A stretch of DNA of 64,000 bases. Source: the human T2T-CHM13v2.0 reference genome, Homo sapiens. The notes beneath the pieces were generated by a model, which was given only the letters and a program-made list of their open reading frames with translations, was not told where the DNA came from and did no database searches. Below, piece by piece: positions 15,919-30,874 of the stretch (position 1 is the stretch's first letter; each line of letters begins with the position of its first letter). The DNA is taken from the NCBI RefSeq assembly GCF_009914755.1, contig NC_060934.1; one strand, written 5' to 3'. A program made the translations under genes and the position numbers.

Positions 15919-16113
15919 TTTTTCTTTCTTTCTTTTTTTTTTTTTTTTTGAGACAAGGTCCAGCTCTGTCACCCAGGATGGGGTGCAGGGGTGTGATCTT
16001 GGCTTGCTGCAACCTCTGCCTCCCAGGCTCAAACCATCCTCCCACCTCAGCCCCCCAAGTAGCTGGGACCACAGATGTGCACCACCACACCTGACTAATT
16101 TTTTTATTTTGTA
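15919..16113 (-). mobile_element. Partial Alu (right arm, AluJ-like) next to an L1M fragment (~15600-15915)
   Basis: single Alu monomer with poly-T. Confidence 0.85.
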
Positions 16114-16329
16114 TTTTGGCTTGGGCCCACATTCAGCTCCTGGAGAATGGCTGGGTCAGGGCCCCTTCCTTTTTTGGGTACTGGCTCTACTGTTCTATCT
16201 GTAAAGTGAGGTGTTGGAAGGTGAATGAGATACTTTTACACACCAGGCAAATATAAGGGACACTTGGTAATATGTTCTGATCAGTTGCTTGGAATATAAT
16301 TAAAGCCAGCATTTAAATATCTTAGAATA

Positions 16330-17190
<861 letters not shown>

Positions 17191-17352
17191 ATGTTTTTTC
17201 AAAGTCTTTTAGGCTCTCAGGCCCGGCACCCTCTCCAGAGGGCAAGGCGTCTGCAGGCGAGGGATCTGGGAGCAAAAAGCACAGGCTGGGGCTAGGGAAT
17301 GACTCACAGCCATGGCCCCGGGGCCCCCCACCCCAGCCCTGCTGGGACTCAC

Positions 17353-17424
17353 AGAGTGGTCAGCTGGCTCATGTTGGTGAAGGAGGAATTGCTTAAGGAA
17401 CTGATCTTGTTGTTGCTCAGGTCC
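17353..17424 (-). CDS. SLIT1: SLIT1 exon 23 (LRR): DLSNNKISSLSNSSFTNMSQLTTL
   Basis: 72 nt, tccag acceptor, gtgagt donor. Confidence 0.97.
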
Positions 17425-19299
17425 CTGGAAAAGGCAAAGGCATCATGATTTAGAAAGAACTCACTCAGCCCTGGCTCACATTCACGGGCTTCTTCCCCTC
17501 CCTCACTCTGCCCAGGGCCATTCCCCAGCCAGGTTGGCCAGGGGTGGAGAGGAGCCCTGGTGCACAGCCTCGGGTCTCAGCGCTTGCTTAGCTACAGTGC
17601 TGCGCTGCTCCCTCAACTCCCTCAGGTACCAGGGCTTGGTGCCTCCATTTCCTGACCCTCACCCCCATCCCTCTGCAAGCAGAGCCTGGCTCTGCCCCTT
17701 TTTACCATGGGAACACTCCCACCAGGGTGTTGGTGGCCTTCCGACCAGATCCAGCACTCTCTCCTTTCTCTCCTGCCAGCACCTTAGGTGGGCTCGTTCA
17801 GAAGCCCTCCCTACGAGGCAGTCCTATGAGGGAGAGGGCAGCCCCATTTGACAAAGACCCAGAGTCTCAGAGGGATCCATGACTCTTGAAGGGTCACCAG
17901 CTGGTCGGAGGCAGAGCCAGATTCAAAGCCGGTCCACTGGCCACAAGCCCAGGTTGCTGCCATGGCCTCTCCGAGTCACCTGTGGCATCTGACACAACTG
18001 ACCGCTCTTCTCCTCTTCTCAAAACTCCCGCCACCCGCTTTCCTCCGCTCCCGACTGTCTTTGGGGGCCTTTGGCTGTGCCTCCTCAGTCTCTGGTAGAA
18101 GCTTCCTTTGTACTCAGCCCAGAGGCATGGGGATTGCTAAAGCCCATCTGTGCCCTGTTTAGTCCAATCTGGGTGCCCTCGGGGACGCCCCTGTGCTGAC
18201 AGTGCCCCCCTCCCCATGGCCCCAGCCTGTCCTCTCATGAACTCCTCCTCCTGATGCCCACAGATACTCAAACTCCGCCCGCATCTTGTTCTCCCTACCA
18301 CGCCCCATCCCCCAGGCTCCAGCTCCATAATGCTGCCTGCCCACACATCTGCCCTCTCATCCCACCCATCTGATCCGCCCCTGGCTGGTGGCCCTGGTCA
18401 CCTCTCGCACCGTGCCCTCCTCCTGAGCCAGCGTCCTCTCTCTCTGGCTCCTGCCTGGGATTCTGACCTCATCTCTCACCCACTGCTTTGCCCCTTTTGA
18501 TCCATCTGCCATGAGGGTGGCACCAGAGCAATTTCTCTATGACACAAAGCTGACGAAACCCCACAGTGGCACCCATGTGCCTAGCATGTGGACTCCAGGC
18601 CCTCTAGCTGGCCACCTGTCGGCACTCCTGGGTCTAGCCCCTGCCCCTCCCTCCCTCTGCTCCCTGCTCCGAAGACTTCCCAGGCTTAGGATTCACTAAG
18701 CTTCTTGAAGTTCTCTGAGCAGACTACACTCTGTGGCCCCAGACAGCTTATTCCCTCTGCCCACCAATGAACTCCAGCTCGTGTTCCAAGATGCCCTCCC
18801 CGCAAGCCGCCTCCCTGAGTTGATCACATCCTCCTTGAGCCACAGCCCTAATCAGCATTGACCTCTGTTGGAACCCTTATCACCCACACGACTTTATGCG
18901 CTCCCTCCCCTCCCCTGCATCCTCCCTAAACCATGACAGTCTGGAGAGGGGGCCATGACTTCGGGGCCTTCACGTCTGCCCACTTCATGCGCTCTCAGCT
19001 CAGGAAACATTTAGAAAATGCAACGATGTGCCGTGCCTTCATCTTCTCCTCCTGAACGTTCCTCTAATCTAATTCTAAATCATTCCACTGTCTTTGGAGA
19101 TACATTTAAGTGCTCTACTGAATGTTCAACACACTTTGTGGTCCTCCCCTGTGATGAGGAGGTGGTGGTACTTCAGCCCCCAAGAGGCAGTTTCACTGGC
19201 TCAAAGCACTCTGACACCAGCCACTGAATCACACTACTCCATCCCTTCTCCACCCCTCCCATTGGAACATTCAACACACATTGGCCAGGTCATTAAGCA

Positions 19300-19700
19300 A
19301 AGACAGATAAATTGGAGCTTCAAAATTCTGTAAGCCAGAGCCGCCCAAAGTAGCCAGTCCTTGAACTAAATTTCACCAACCCACAATAAGAAACTTGGGC
19401 CAAGATCCGGTCACCACACCTAGCTTAGTTTACGCGAACATTGTTTCCATAGCAAGACTTTCTCAACAAAGGAAGCAATACATTGATTTAGATTCTGGTG
19501 TAAGCGCCATATCTAATTACAAACCCATTACAAACAGTTCTGGGACTGATGTGGGCCCGTAGATTGCACTTGGAGTGGGACTGCTCCAAATCACACTAAG
19601 ATGGAATGTTCTCTGGACTTCTTTTTGGTAGAATCTGGCCAAGGAGCAGATAAAGACAATTGAAGTGAGGAGCTAGGTAGGCTAGAAAACTAAAAGGAGC
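19300..19700 (+). mobile_element. Probable CR1/L3 reverse-transcriptase relic
   Basis: frame ...ANIVSIARLSQQRKQYIDLDS ... GLLQITLRW resembles CR1 NLISF..VTRLVDQGK.VD..YLDFS ... GL...T.RW; weak. Confidence 0.35.
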
Positions 19701-19912
19701 TGAACTTATTATCCTGAGGCTTATTTTGTATATTTTCATGGAGTAGAAGGGGTCAAAGGTGGAAATAATAGAAAAGCAGAGGCGTAGCCTGAAGAAAAAC
19801 TTAGTTACAGGTATGTATTTGTAGCTGCCATAGTTCATACTTGGTTTGAGAGCTGAGCTGGACCGAGAAGCTTTCCATCACCCTCCACTTTTCCTGGCTC
19901 CTTGGCTCCTAA

Positions 19913-20531
<619 letters not shown>

Positions 20532-20576
20532 TAGATGCCAAAGGCCCTCCTGTCCTCAAGCGGCCTGGATACTTAC

Positions 20577-20645
20577 ACGAGCTGCAGGTACTTGAAGGTA
20601 GACAGCTGTCCCGGAACCAGCGTGAACTGGTTCCCGTCCAAATAG
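20577..20645 (-). CDS. SLIT1: SLIT1 exon 22 (LRR): [23 protein letters not shown]
   Basis: 69 nt, tgcag acceptor, gtaagt donor. Confidence 0.97.
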
Positions 20646-22866
20646 CTGCAGAGAGAACACAGCGGCGTTAGTGCCCATCTCCACCTCTGGTGGTGCCCCA
20701 TGCTGGGGACAGCCTTCCCTGCAGCCAGGGACTTCGCTCTCATTTCCTCTCCTCCACATAGGCCACACTATGGGCCCAGAATCACTTATGGGAGGAGAAA
20801 ATATGTACGTTGTTGAAGCCATCTGGGGAGGTGCCACCCAGAGGACTTGGTAAAAAGCCAATAGTCACGTGGCCTCTCTCGGTTCCCTTCTCGCTTCCCT
20901 TCTCACCCTCCCAGCCTCCTCCTTGTCCATGGACACTCCCTGGGCCCCTGCCTTCCCCTCCCTGCTCTGCTCTTTCCTGGCCAAATAGATCTGATTTGCA
21001 CGTTACCGGGCCCTGCCAGCTCCCAGGGCCCCCTGTCCACCTGCTGGCATGGGCTGTGAAGCTGATTCACAGCCAGACTGCCCAACCAGTTCCCCCTCAT
21101 TCCATCAGCACCCCTCTGCCTTCCTGCCTTCCAGGCTCCGCACCCTGATGTCGCTTCTCCTCCTCCCTCTGCAGCCAGTGCCACCGCTGCTCTCTCACAG
21201 CTTGCTTTCCTTGCACTCTCATGCCACCCGCCGACTGTGCACCACCACCCATGCCCGGGCTCCTGCTGCAGCCTCTTCTGTCTGTTCTCTGCACCTTGGA
21301 CCTCCCTTCTGGCCTCCACTCTACTCACTGCTATCCAAGTCACTGTCCTTAAAACCAAGCCCACCGAAATCCTCCTAAGCCCGAAGCTTCCCAAGGTTCC
21401 CATTTCTACAGGATAGAGCTTGGGATTCAAGATGCTCTGAACCTCCCCCTCTTCCCTTCATTGTTGACCATTCATGCCTCCAGCCTGAAGGTGCTAAGCA
21501 GTGGCCCAATGCCAGGAGCTGAGCCAAGCTGAGCTCCAGCACAGGATCTCCACCCCCCAACTAACTACAGCCTGCAGGACAGCTCTCCCCCACTTCCCAA
21601 AGCCCCAGAGAGGAGCAAAAGGAGGGCTGTGCTCATCCTTACCCCTCGCTCTGCATCATACAAACTGACTTCCCACCCATCTCGTTTGATCCTCGAGGCA
21701 GTCCTCGTCCACATACCCAAGTAGTCCCATTTCACAGATGACAAAACTGAGGTTTAGAGAAGTTAAAAGATTTTCGCAGGCTCTGAACTTCACCATCTTC
21801 AGTCAAAGAAGGTAGGCTGCCCCACCCATCCCATTATTCTCAGGGCTGCTAGGAGGCTCCAAGGAGAAAGCAAGGACTCATGAGGTTTGTAGGACACTAA
21901 CTCTGCAGTAGAAAACAGGGTGAAGACGGGGCAGGCCAGGCCCAGGAAAAGGCCCGCAGTGGTTGATGTGCTTGTGAAGAAAAGGCCAGCCTTGCTGGTA
22001 ATGCAAGAAATAACAAATAGAAGCCTCATCGCTGGTCCTGGGGGTGGGGGGAGAAAAGCTCAGCTTTGGAGGCCTGGAGGGATCAACCCCAGAGCACAGG
22101 AAGAGGTCAGAGGTCAGGAGCTGGCCAGAGTCTTTCATTGGGAGGTGTCTGCTGAAGAAGTCCCAGCTCTCCATTCCTGTTTGTCAAATGCATCTATGTC
22201 CAATCCTCCACATGTGCTCAGATACCAAATACCAATCAGCCAGGATTTCAGCACCATACTCAGTGCTGACCCAGGGAAGCAAGAAGGCCACCTTCTCACA
22301 TGGTCAATGGGAGTGCAAAGGAAACAGATTTTCTTGGAAGACCATCAGGCAAAAGGCAGCAAGAGTCCTAAAAACGCACCGCTCTCTGACTGGCGATTTC
22401 AGTGAGGGGGTGTTAGCACTGGTGCTGTTTATGACAGTAAAAAAAAATTGGAAACAAATATCCAACAAAAGGGGTTTTGTTATCTGGGTCATAGTAGATT
22501 CATGTGAAGAACACTACACTGCTGGTGCAAAAATCACATTTGTGTCTTCATGACACAGGAGCCTGAGACAATGACAGGCGGGAAAGCAAGGTTCTCCTCA
22601 TTTTAAAGGCGGAGCTTAGTTTAAAGGGAGGAAGCACTCGCTGCCATGCGGTCATCAGGTGACCGCAGAGGGAGAATCAGAGAGAAGCTCAAAGCCTTTC
22701 TGGAGGCAGTGTTTTCTGCAAAGCCCGAACTCCAGCTCCTAGTCAGCTAATGCCTGCTCTTGGTCACCTCCTCCTCCCATGGCTAGGCCCCAGCCCCTCA
22801 GGAAATGCCCCCACTGTCCCCGTCCTGTGGACCCACGTGAAGGGGGCAAGGCCTTGAGCTACTCAC

Positions 22867-22999
22867 AGTTCTGTGACATTCTTGGGAATGCCCTTGGGCA
22901 GGGCCCGCAGGTGCTTGTTGCTGCATCGGACCACGGTGTCCAGGCAGGCGCACTCCTGTGGGCACTGTGGGCGGGGCAGGCAGCCCCCCTCCTCCTGGC
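22867..22999 (-). CDS. SLIT1: SLIT1 exon 21 (LRRNT of D4): [45 protein letters not shown]
   Basis: 133 nt, cctag acceptor, gtgagt donor. Confidence 0.97.
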
Positions 23000-24044
23000 C
23001 TAGGGAAGAAGGCACGAAGCCCCTGTCAGGGAGGTGGACGGGCCGCTGTAGGGCCTCCTACAGTCAGGGCCATGCTCTGGGGCCTCTCAGAACAGAAGAC
23101 CCCTCTGACAGTACCTTGGCCATCAGTAAGTCTGTGCACTACACCTCCCCGCCAGCCACCACCGCCACCAGGAATGAAGCCCCCTGGAGCAGTTTTGAGG
23201 TTAAAATAGGTCTTGAGTTGATCTCTTTCTCCTCAAACTCAAAGTGGACCTGGTCAAAGTAGAACAGGAGGATGGCCGCGCACCATCCCATCCCCGGAGT
23301 GCCTGCTACTCCGGGCACTGGATCGACATTGTCTCCTTAACAGTACAGTTAGGGGTGCAGCATCGCCCCTAGAATGCAGGCATGAGGAGGATGGAGACCT
23401 GGGCCTCTTTTCTCCTCTTTTTTTCACTGATAGAGCCCAGTGCCTAGTGCAGTGCCTGGCACGCAGCAGCCCTCAAAACAGATGAGTTGAATGAATGAAT
23501 GAACAAGTGGATGAATTTCCATTTTATTGAGGTCTGGAGACGTTAGGCACCTTGCTTGAATCATAAAGTGGGTCCAAGGCAATGCAGAGTCTGAGCCCAG
23601 GTCTGGCTGCCGCAAAATCCGAGCCCTCGATACCACACCATCCCTTCATTGATTCATTCATCTATTCAAAAAATCTGTGCCTTCCTTTCTGCTGATTGGG
23701 TGTCAGAGAGATGATAATATCACCACGGTCGGAGTTCTTGAGGACACTGGGATGCTGGTAGCACATGCTCCCGGGTGACAGTGACCATCAGTTATGCAGG
23801 TCGCCTGTGTGCAGGCCCCACAGGATAAGGGTGAACTCACTGAATCCTCAGAACAGCTCTCTAGTGAATGTGTTACTATTAGCCCATTGGAGCAATGAGG
23901 AAACTAAAGGCAGAGTGGTTCAGAAACTTGCCCCAGCCTGGAGCAAGCAGCCTGCCTCCAGAACCTGCTCGATTGGCCACCAGGCTCTCAGCAGCAACAT
24001 CTTAGAAATATTCACATCCTTTCACCTCTAGGAAGCTGTTCTAG

Positions 24045-24648
<604 letters not shown>

Positions 24649-25778
24649 TGTCAGTAACTTTTTTAAATCCTCCTTCTGGTTGTCCTTGGTTGTTGTTGTT
24701 TTAAGGAATGAGGATGCATTTCTTTTGTAAAAAGAAGGATAAAAGGAAACCGTATCTTGGAAAAAATAATGTTTCCAAAGGATAGTTAATGGCATGAGAA
24801 AATGCCCAAAATATATAGTTAGGTTTTAAACAAATCAGACATTTTTAAAAAGACTTGCAAGCTATTATTATATAAATTAATAAAATATATATGTAAATAG
24901 TATAGACTCTTTTTTAAATTTTAGAAGTCAGAAGGAAAAGTATTCTTAGAGAATTCATTAATTTTGTTTAGAAAATACCCTGATGGTGTTTCTTGGGGTG
25001 AAAGTCAAAGCTCTCCACTGCCACGTGGCCTGGCCAGGCCAGCTGAGGGTGGAGCTGCCACTGGGAGTAGGCTGCAGGGGGTAGAAGGCAAGAAAGGGAG
25101 AGACCAGGGAGAAGGGAGGCACCTTAGCACCCAGAAGCGGAGAAGGGGGCTGGAAGCTGAGGTCAGCCAGGGAGAAATTCCCTGCGGCAGGGTGCTGAGA
25201 GACACTAAGGATGGGATGGCTGCACAGAGAAAAATCTGCTTCCTACAGTGACCTTCCGTGCTTGGTGCTGTGGCGAAAAAATGAGGGATGGGGCTACCCT
25301 GAGAAGTCCCAGGAAACAAGGCATTGGAGCAAAGAGTGACCAGGGTTTCCTACATATGGGGGAGGGGACTCAAAAGGGTTCCATTGCATATTAAGATAAG
25401 GTGACCCCATGAGTCTAGAGTGCTTAGGGACAGCCAAAAGGCAGGTCTGAGTTCACCAAACTTACAGAAAGAAACTACACTAAAATGGGAACTGTTTTCT
25501 CTGAGCGATGGAATAATAGGTAAAGTTTATTTCCTTCTTTTATCCATACTTTCCCATTTTTTAAGGATAGGAACTTTATTGCTCTTATAACCACACAAAG
25601 ACACCACCAGGCAGGCGCGTCTCCTCCTGAAAACAGGGCCTCCCCTCCCCACCTAACCTCTCCTCTCAGGGGCATGCCAGGGGGTGCTGCCTGTCCACTC
25701 CCATCTTCCTCACCTGCCCCACCCCACTGGTTGGACCCAGGGCGCCCTCTCCCTTGCCACCGGGGGGCCACGAGTTAC

Positions 25779-25945
25779 CTTCCTCACACCTGAAGTCAGG
25801 GAAGGCCACGTCCTGCAGGGGAATCTGCCGCAAAAAGTCAGGGTTCTGGCATCGCGGGTTCCCCGTCACGATCTTGCGCTTCCGTAGCCAGCCTCCTAGC
25901 CAGGCCAGCTGGCAGTTGCAGTTGAAAGGGTTGGCCAGGAGATTC
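25779..25945 (-). CDS. SLIT1: SLIT1 exon 20 (LRRCT of D3): [55 protein letters not shown]
   Basis: 167 nt, within ORF 25666..25971, tccag acceptor, gtaact donor. Confidence 0.97.
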
Positions 25946-26247
25946 CTGGAAGAGGCAGGCCAGGCGGCCATGGAGACACTCTGCCCCTCTCAGAGGTCCC
26001 AGCAAACCCCTCCTGTACCACGGACACAGGGCCACATGGCCACATGGCACTGTCTCCCAGACCACCACCCATCACCAAGAGGACCGGCTCTGAGGACCGG
26101 AGGGAGACTTCGAAATGTGGAACCCACGTTTCAGCAAACCACGAAGACCCAGCACCCCCAGGGTGAGCTCTTTCAAAGTGGCTGGCCGAGACGGTTGGGA
26201 CGGTTGCTCCAGAGCCCCCGCCCGCCTGTCCTGGAGGCCGGACTCAC

Positions 26248-26391
26248 AGTGTGGAGAGGGACTGGAGGGTGTCGAAGGCTCCTGGGGATACGGTGGTGAT
26301 CTGGTTGTCGTAGAGCGAGAGGAGCCGGACGTTGCGCAGGCCCGTGAAGCTGTCGTTGTGGATGCAGCTGATGCGGTTGTTCCGCAGCATT
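26248..26391 (-). CDS. SLIT1: SLIT1 exon 19 (2 LRRs): [48 protein letters not shown]
   Basis: 144 nt, within ORF 26244..26456, cccag acceptor, gtgagt donor. Confidence 0.97.
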
Positions 26392-26997
26392 CTGGGGAGG
26401 AACGGGGGAGGGAGGAGGGGACCCTTGCTGCCCTGCCAGCCATCCACCTGGGCCACGCAGCTTCCGCCATCGTGGCTCGTTCACAGTTCTCCTCCATAGG
26501 CTGCGAGCCGCAGAGCCAGGAACACGCACCAGCCAGGCCCCGGCCAGGTGAGGCGAGTTTTACACACCTGTGCCCACTCCAGACCCGCCCCCGCCTCTGA
26601 GAAGCCTCGAGGCTCTGTCTCTCTCTCCCTGCCACTGCCCTGTCCCCCATGCTGGCCTTGCCTCCGTGCCCTGGGTGCCCAGAGTTCCTGCCCGTCTTTA
26701 GGCCATGCTCCACATCAGTGCCCAGGAGACTTCCTGAAACCTAATCCATCATGTCACTCTCCAGCTTAAAGTCCACTAACAGCCTCCAAACTGCCCACCG
26801 AGTCATGCTCGAACTCCTTACTGTGACCTGAGACCATGTCTACCCAGACCCGGACCATCTCAGCCCTGGCACCTGCCTGCCTCCCTAGAGATGGACCAGC
26901 CCTCAGCCTGCTACACCGCTGTGACAGTTTTCTAGAATACTCTTTTGCCTCATCTACATCTGGAAAAGCTGCTGTTCATCTTCAAAAACCCAGCCCA

Positions 26998-27301
26998 AGC
27001 CTGATGCAGTGGCTCATGCCTGTAAAAACAGCACTTTGGGAGGCCAAGGATTATTTGAAACCAGGGGTTTGAGACCAGCCTGGGCAACATAGCGAGACCT
27101 TGTCTCTACAAAAAAATTTAAAACTTAGCCAGGCATGGTGGTGTGCACTTGTAGTCCCAGCTGCTTGGGAGGCTGAGGTGGGAGGATCTCTTGAGCCCAG
27201 GAGTTCAAGGTTACAGTAAGCTATGATGGCACTACTGCACCCCAGCTGCCTGGGAGACAGAGTGAGACCCTGTCTCCCTAAACAACAACAACAATAACAA
27301 C
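26998..27301 (+). mobile_element. Alu (AluJ-like) with (CAA)n tail
   Basis: Alu dimer; TSD aaaaacccagc. Confidence 0.92.
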
Positions 27302-27715
27302 AAAAACCCAGCTCAATTTCACTTGCCAACCAAAAGTAAAAACAAAAACCAAGTCAACACAGGGTAGCCAACTCACAAAAGAAATTAAAATGGTTTATCA
27401 ACATTCACAAAAATGTTCAATGTTACTACTAATCAAAGACACTTACGCAATATTGATTTTTTGCCTGCCAAATTAAAAAAGAATGAAAAATATAATAATA
27501 ATAATAATGACATCCAGGATCTCTGAGAGTGTGAGTGACTGGGCACTTCCACACACTGGCAGGAGATGCCTTTATACCTCCCTGGAAGTGCATTTGGTGA
27601 GATGTAGCAAAATCCCCAAAATGACACTTTGTGTTTTCACCCGACTACTCCATCTTTAGGAATTCCTAACAAGAGTATTATCATGCATTATACGTGAACT
27701 TCACAATAAAGATAT

Positions 27716-28063
27716 TGTCACAGAATGAATGTGATCCCCTCCAATCCCTATGTTGAAGTCCTAATCCCCAGTGTGATGGGATCAGGATGGGGGTTCTTTG
27801 GGAGGTAATGAGGTCATAAGGGTGGAGCCCTCATGAATGGAGTTAGTGCCCTTATCAAGGAGATCCCAGAGAGCTCTCTTGCCCTCTTTCTACCATGTGA
27901 GGACACAATGAGAAGTCAGAAGTCTGCAACCCAGAAGAGGGCCCTCGCCAGAACCCATCCATGCTGGCACCCTGGTCTCAGACTTCCAGCCTCCAGAACT
28001 TCTGTTGTCTATAAACCTCCAGTCTGTGGCTCTTTGTTATAGCAGCCTGAACCCACTAAGGCA
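27716..28063 (+). mobile_element. MaLR solo LTR (MSTD/MLT1A-like)
   Basis: TG...CA ends, near-identical 5-bp TSD gatat/ggtat, MaLR motifs (tttgggaggtaatgaggtcat; ttgttatagcagcc). Confidence 0.8.
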
Positions 28064-28747
28064 GGTATCAATACAACATTGCTTATAAAAAAAAAAAAAT
28101 AGAAACAGCCTACATTGCCAATAATTATATAATACCTAGTCATTCAAACTGATGCAGAGCACTTTTTTTGTATTAGGAATTAAATGTGGAATGGAAAAAA
28201 ATTTTAATATGTAATGGTGCTCATATTAAGTTTAAGGAAAAAGCAGGTTACTAAATAAAATGTACGAGTCCATTAGAATATTTCTGTATGCGTGCATGCT
28301 TGTATGTATGTATGTGTGTATATGTATGTGTATGCAGGTTTAGAGATATGTAAAAGACTGGAAAGACAGTTGTTTATACCAACAATTAACAGTGGTCATT
28401 TCTGGATAGTGATGGGGTATGGGCCCTTCTCTTTTCCTCTGTCCTTATCTAAGTCTTCCTTGGAAAGAATGCAGCTGACTGGACAGCCCCCACACCCACA
28501 TTTAAGGAATACTAGGTAAGCATAAAGAAAAATGAGGCAGCCTATAGGAACAGCCTGGAAAGAAGGCAATGCTGTATTCACAGGTGAAAACAGCAAGCTG
28601 CAAAACATAGTGCATAATAAAATTTGCTTTTTGTAAAATAAAGGAACAAAAATCCACAGGGAGTCCTGTCACACATTCATTTACTTGCTCAGAGACAACT
28701 CTACATCCTGCTGCAGATTTGGGACTTATACCTGGGCAAGTGGCTTC

Positions 28748-28945
28748 CTAGAGCTGTGGTGTCCAATATAGTAGCCACTAGCCACATGTAGCTATTTAGA
28801 TTTAAATGCATTAAAATAAAATGAAATTCAAAATTCAGTCACTGAGTAGCACTAGCCACATTTCAACTGCTCCACAGCCACATGAAGTGACTGGTCTGGA
28901 CAGCGTAGACTTGAAACATTTCCATCTCTGTGGGAGATCCGACAG
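28748..28945. mobile_element. MER3-like hAT-Charlie MITE
   Basis: tgtccaatatagtagccactagccacatg ... tagccacatttcaa motif. Confidence 0.7.
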
Positions 28946-29531
28946 ACTGCCCTGTCTATGGGACACGATACACACCCTCAGGATCATCTGAAGAGCCAGC
29001 CCTCCTGGGGCAGATGGAGGGGGTGTCCTGCATCATGGAGGAGCAGATGACCCCAGGATCCCACTGAGCTCCAGATTCTGGTCAGCTCAGGCTGGGCTGT
29101 GGGTTATGGGATCCTAGCATCTCAGGGACAGTGCAGCATCCCTGCTCCCCTATCTACACCCACTGAATCACCTTGGCAAGGTCATCCAGCCCCTCCTGCC
29201 TGCAGCAGTGCCAGCCACTCCTGAACTCATGCTGTGCTCTTGCAGCCTGACCAGAGGGCAATGGGAAGGGACCCCTAGAAGGGTCCACATGTCTCCATCC
29301 CTTGAGGCCAACTGGGCATTGGCCCCATGCCCCAGGGTACAAGAGAACAGGTCTCACCATAGAGTTGCCAACTTGATTACCTGTCCCAACACAGTCAGGA
29401 TCCTCAGTTCTCCCCACCCTCCTGCAAGCTGGGCCCAGGGGAGGGGCTCCTCCAGCCTCTCTCTTCCTTTCCCTTGGCTTTGCCTGCCTCCTGCAGCTGG
29501 CCCACCCTGCTCCCCAGCCCTGCACACTCAC

Positions 29532-29675
29532 AGGGTCCTCAAGCCATCCAGACCCCGGAACATGCCGCTCCGGATGGACTCCAGCTGGTTGGCAGTTAGG
29601 TGCAGCTCGCTCACAGAGGCTGCGCCCTCGAAGGCCCCATCTTCAATTTCTGACACCTTGTTGTTGCTCAGATTG
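29532..29675 (-). CDS. SLIT1: SLIT1 exon 18 (2 LRRs): [48 protein letters not shown]
   Basis: 144 nt, within ORF 29528..29845, cccag acceptor, gtgagt donor. Confidence 0.97.
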
Positions 29676-29868
29676 CTGGGAGAAGAGGCGGGGGGAGGAT
29701 TACATATGGCCAGCAGCCAGGAGCTCAGGCCCCTCCCTTCCTGCAGGCAACACCCCCACACACAGAGTCCTGGCCCCCCGCCGTGGGAGCTGCCCCCACC
29801 CTGGCATTTCCCTTGTCCATCCCTGGCCAGCATCCCAACAGACACCTTCTCGCCAATGGGTAACTCAC

Positions 29869-29943
29869 ATTTTCTTCAGATGTGTAAGTTTTTTAAACAT
29901 CCCAGTGGCCTCCAGGATGGAAATCTCATTGTTATTCAATCGC
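29869..29943 (-). CDS. SLIT1: SLIT1 exon 17 (LRR): [25 protein letters not shown]
   Basis: 75 nt, tacag acceptor, gtgagt donor. Confidence 0.97.
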
Positions 29944-30567
29944 CTGTAAGAGACAAGAATGAACTTGCACATTCACAAATGATGGACATTTCAAATCCCT
30001 TCCAAACTGAGAATATTTGGGACTCAAACAGAGAAGACTCCCAGAAGAATTTATCTGGCAAAGCAAATTGATCCTATTTCAAAGGAAGGCTGGGCCTAGT
30101 ACTGGGAGAGGATATGAATGGGGATATTTTTAACATTAAAAATGCCATGAAAAATTTACAGACGTAAATGACAGATGCTTGCAGGCATCTATGCACATAG
30201 ACATATGTGTACACAAATTCATATTTTTAGATAGAGGAATAAAAATAACAAAGAGTTTTGGAATCATGTCCCACAGAATAAGACAAACGCATCGTTGAGA
30301 AAAGCCATCCCTGATTCAGGCTGGTGACCTGCCCTGAGTGCCAGAGACTGGCATCTGCTTTTGATGGGTGAGGGGGGCTGTGAATGAAGCAGAGGGCAGC
30401 AGGGGTGGGGTTTCTTCCTGCCCAAGCCAGCAGTTGGTATGTCCTGAGCCAGAGGCTCCAGTGGTTCAGCCCCAGACAGGGCTGGACCAAGAAAATCCTG
30501 GAGTAGGCCAAGGAGGGTTAGTGGCAGTTAGGGACAGGGGAGGGCTGGGGGGGCCAGGGACCCTCAC

Positions 30568-30712
30568 AGTTCTGCCGTGGACTGGGGGATGCGCTCAGGG
30601 ATCTTGGTGAGCTTCAGGCTGGAGCACTCCACCACGTTGGCCTCACAGCGGCACTTGTGGGGACAGACCACGTCGCTGTTGCACTCGCTGTTCAGCTGGT
30701 AATCCTCCGTGC
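30568..30712 (-). CDS. SLIT1: SLIT1 exon 16 (LRRNT of D3): [49 protein letters not shown]
   Basis: 145 nt, ggcag acceptor, gtgagg donor. Confidence 0.97.
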
Positions 30713-30850
30713 CTGCCATGAGAGGGTGGGGGCAGAGGCTGAGGAGCCCGGGGCCGGCTCCCAGCAGTTTGGGTCAACCAAGGCCCCCAGCCTGCCCACC
30801 CACTACCACCATTCCCGCCAGGCTGGCCTTGGATCCCCCCACTCTCCTAC

Positions 30851-30874
30851 CTGGAATGAAGTACTGCTCTTTGG
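30851..30874 (-). CDS. SLIT1: SLIT1 exon 15, 24-nt microexon (D2-D3 linker): AKEQYFIP
   Basis: cccag|CCAAAGAGCAGTACTTCATTCCAG|gtagga; phase 1-1; same peptide as the SLIT2 exon-15 insert. Confidence 0.95.

Noticed and set aside
19400-19510. Minus-strand IASFVEKVLLWKQ resembling hAT transposase, and plus-strand DLDSG resembling an aspartyl protease motif
   Set aside because: Isolated short words with no flanking support; the CR1 RT reading explains more residues.
22248-22268. RE1-like TTCAGCACCATACTCAGTGCT
   Set aside because: Right half-site lacks GGAC; half-site only.
29208-30071. 287-aa plus-strand ORF (also 25754..26299, 43318..43845, 1010..1585)
   Set aside because: Antisense shadows of GC-rich SLIT1 exons and flanks; no recognisable domain.
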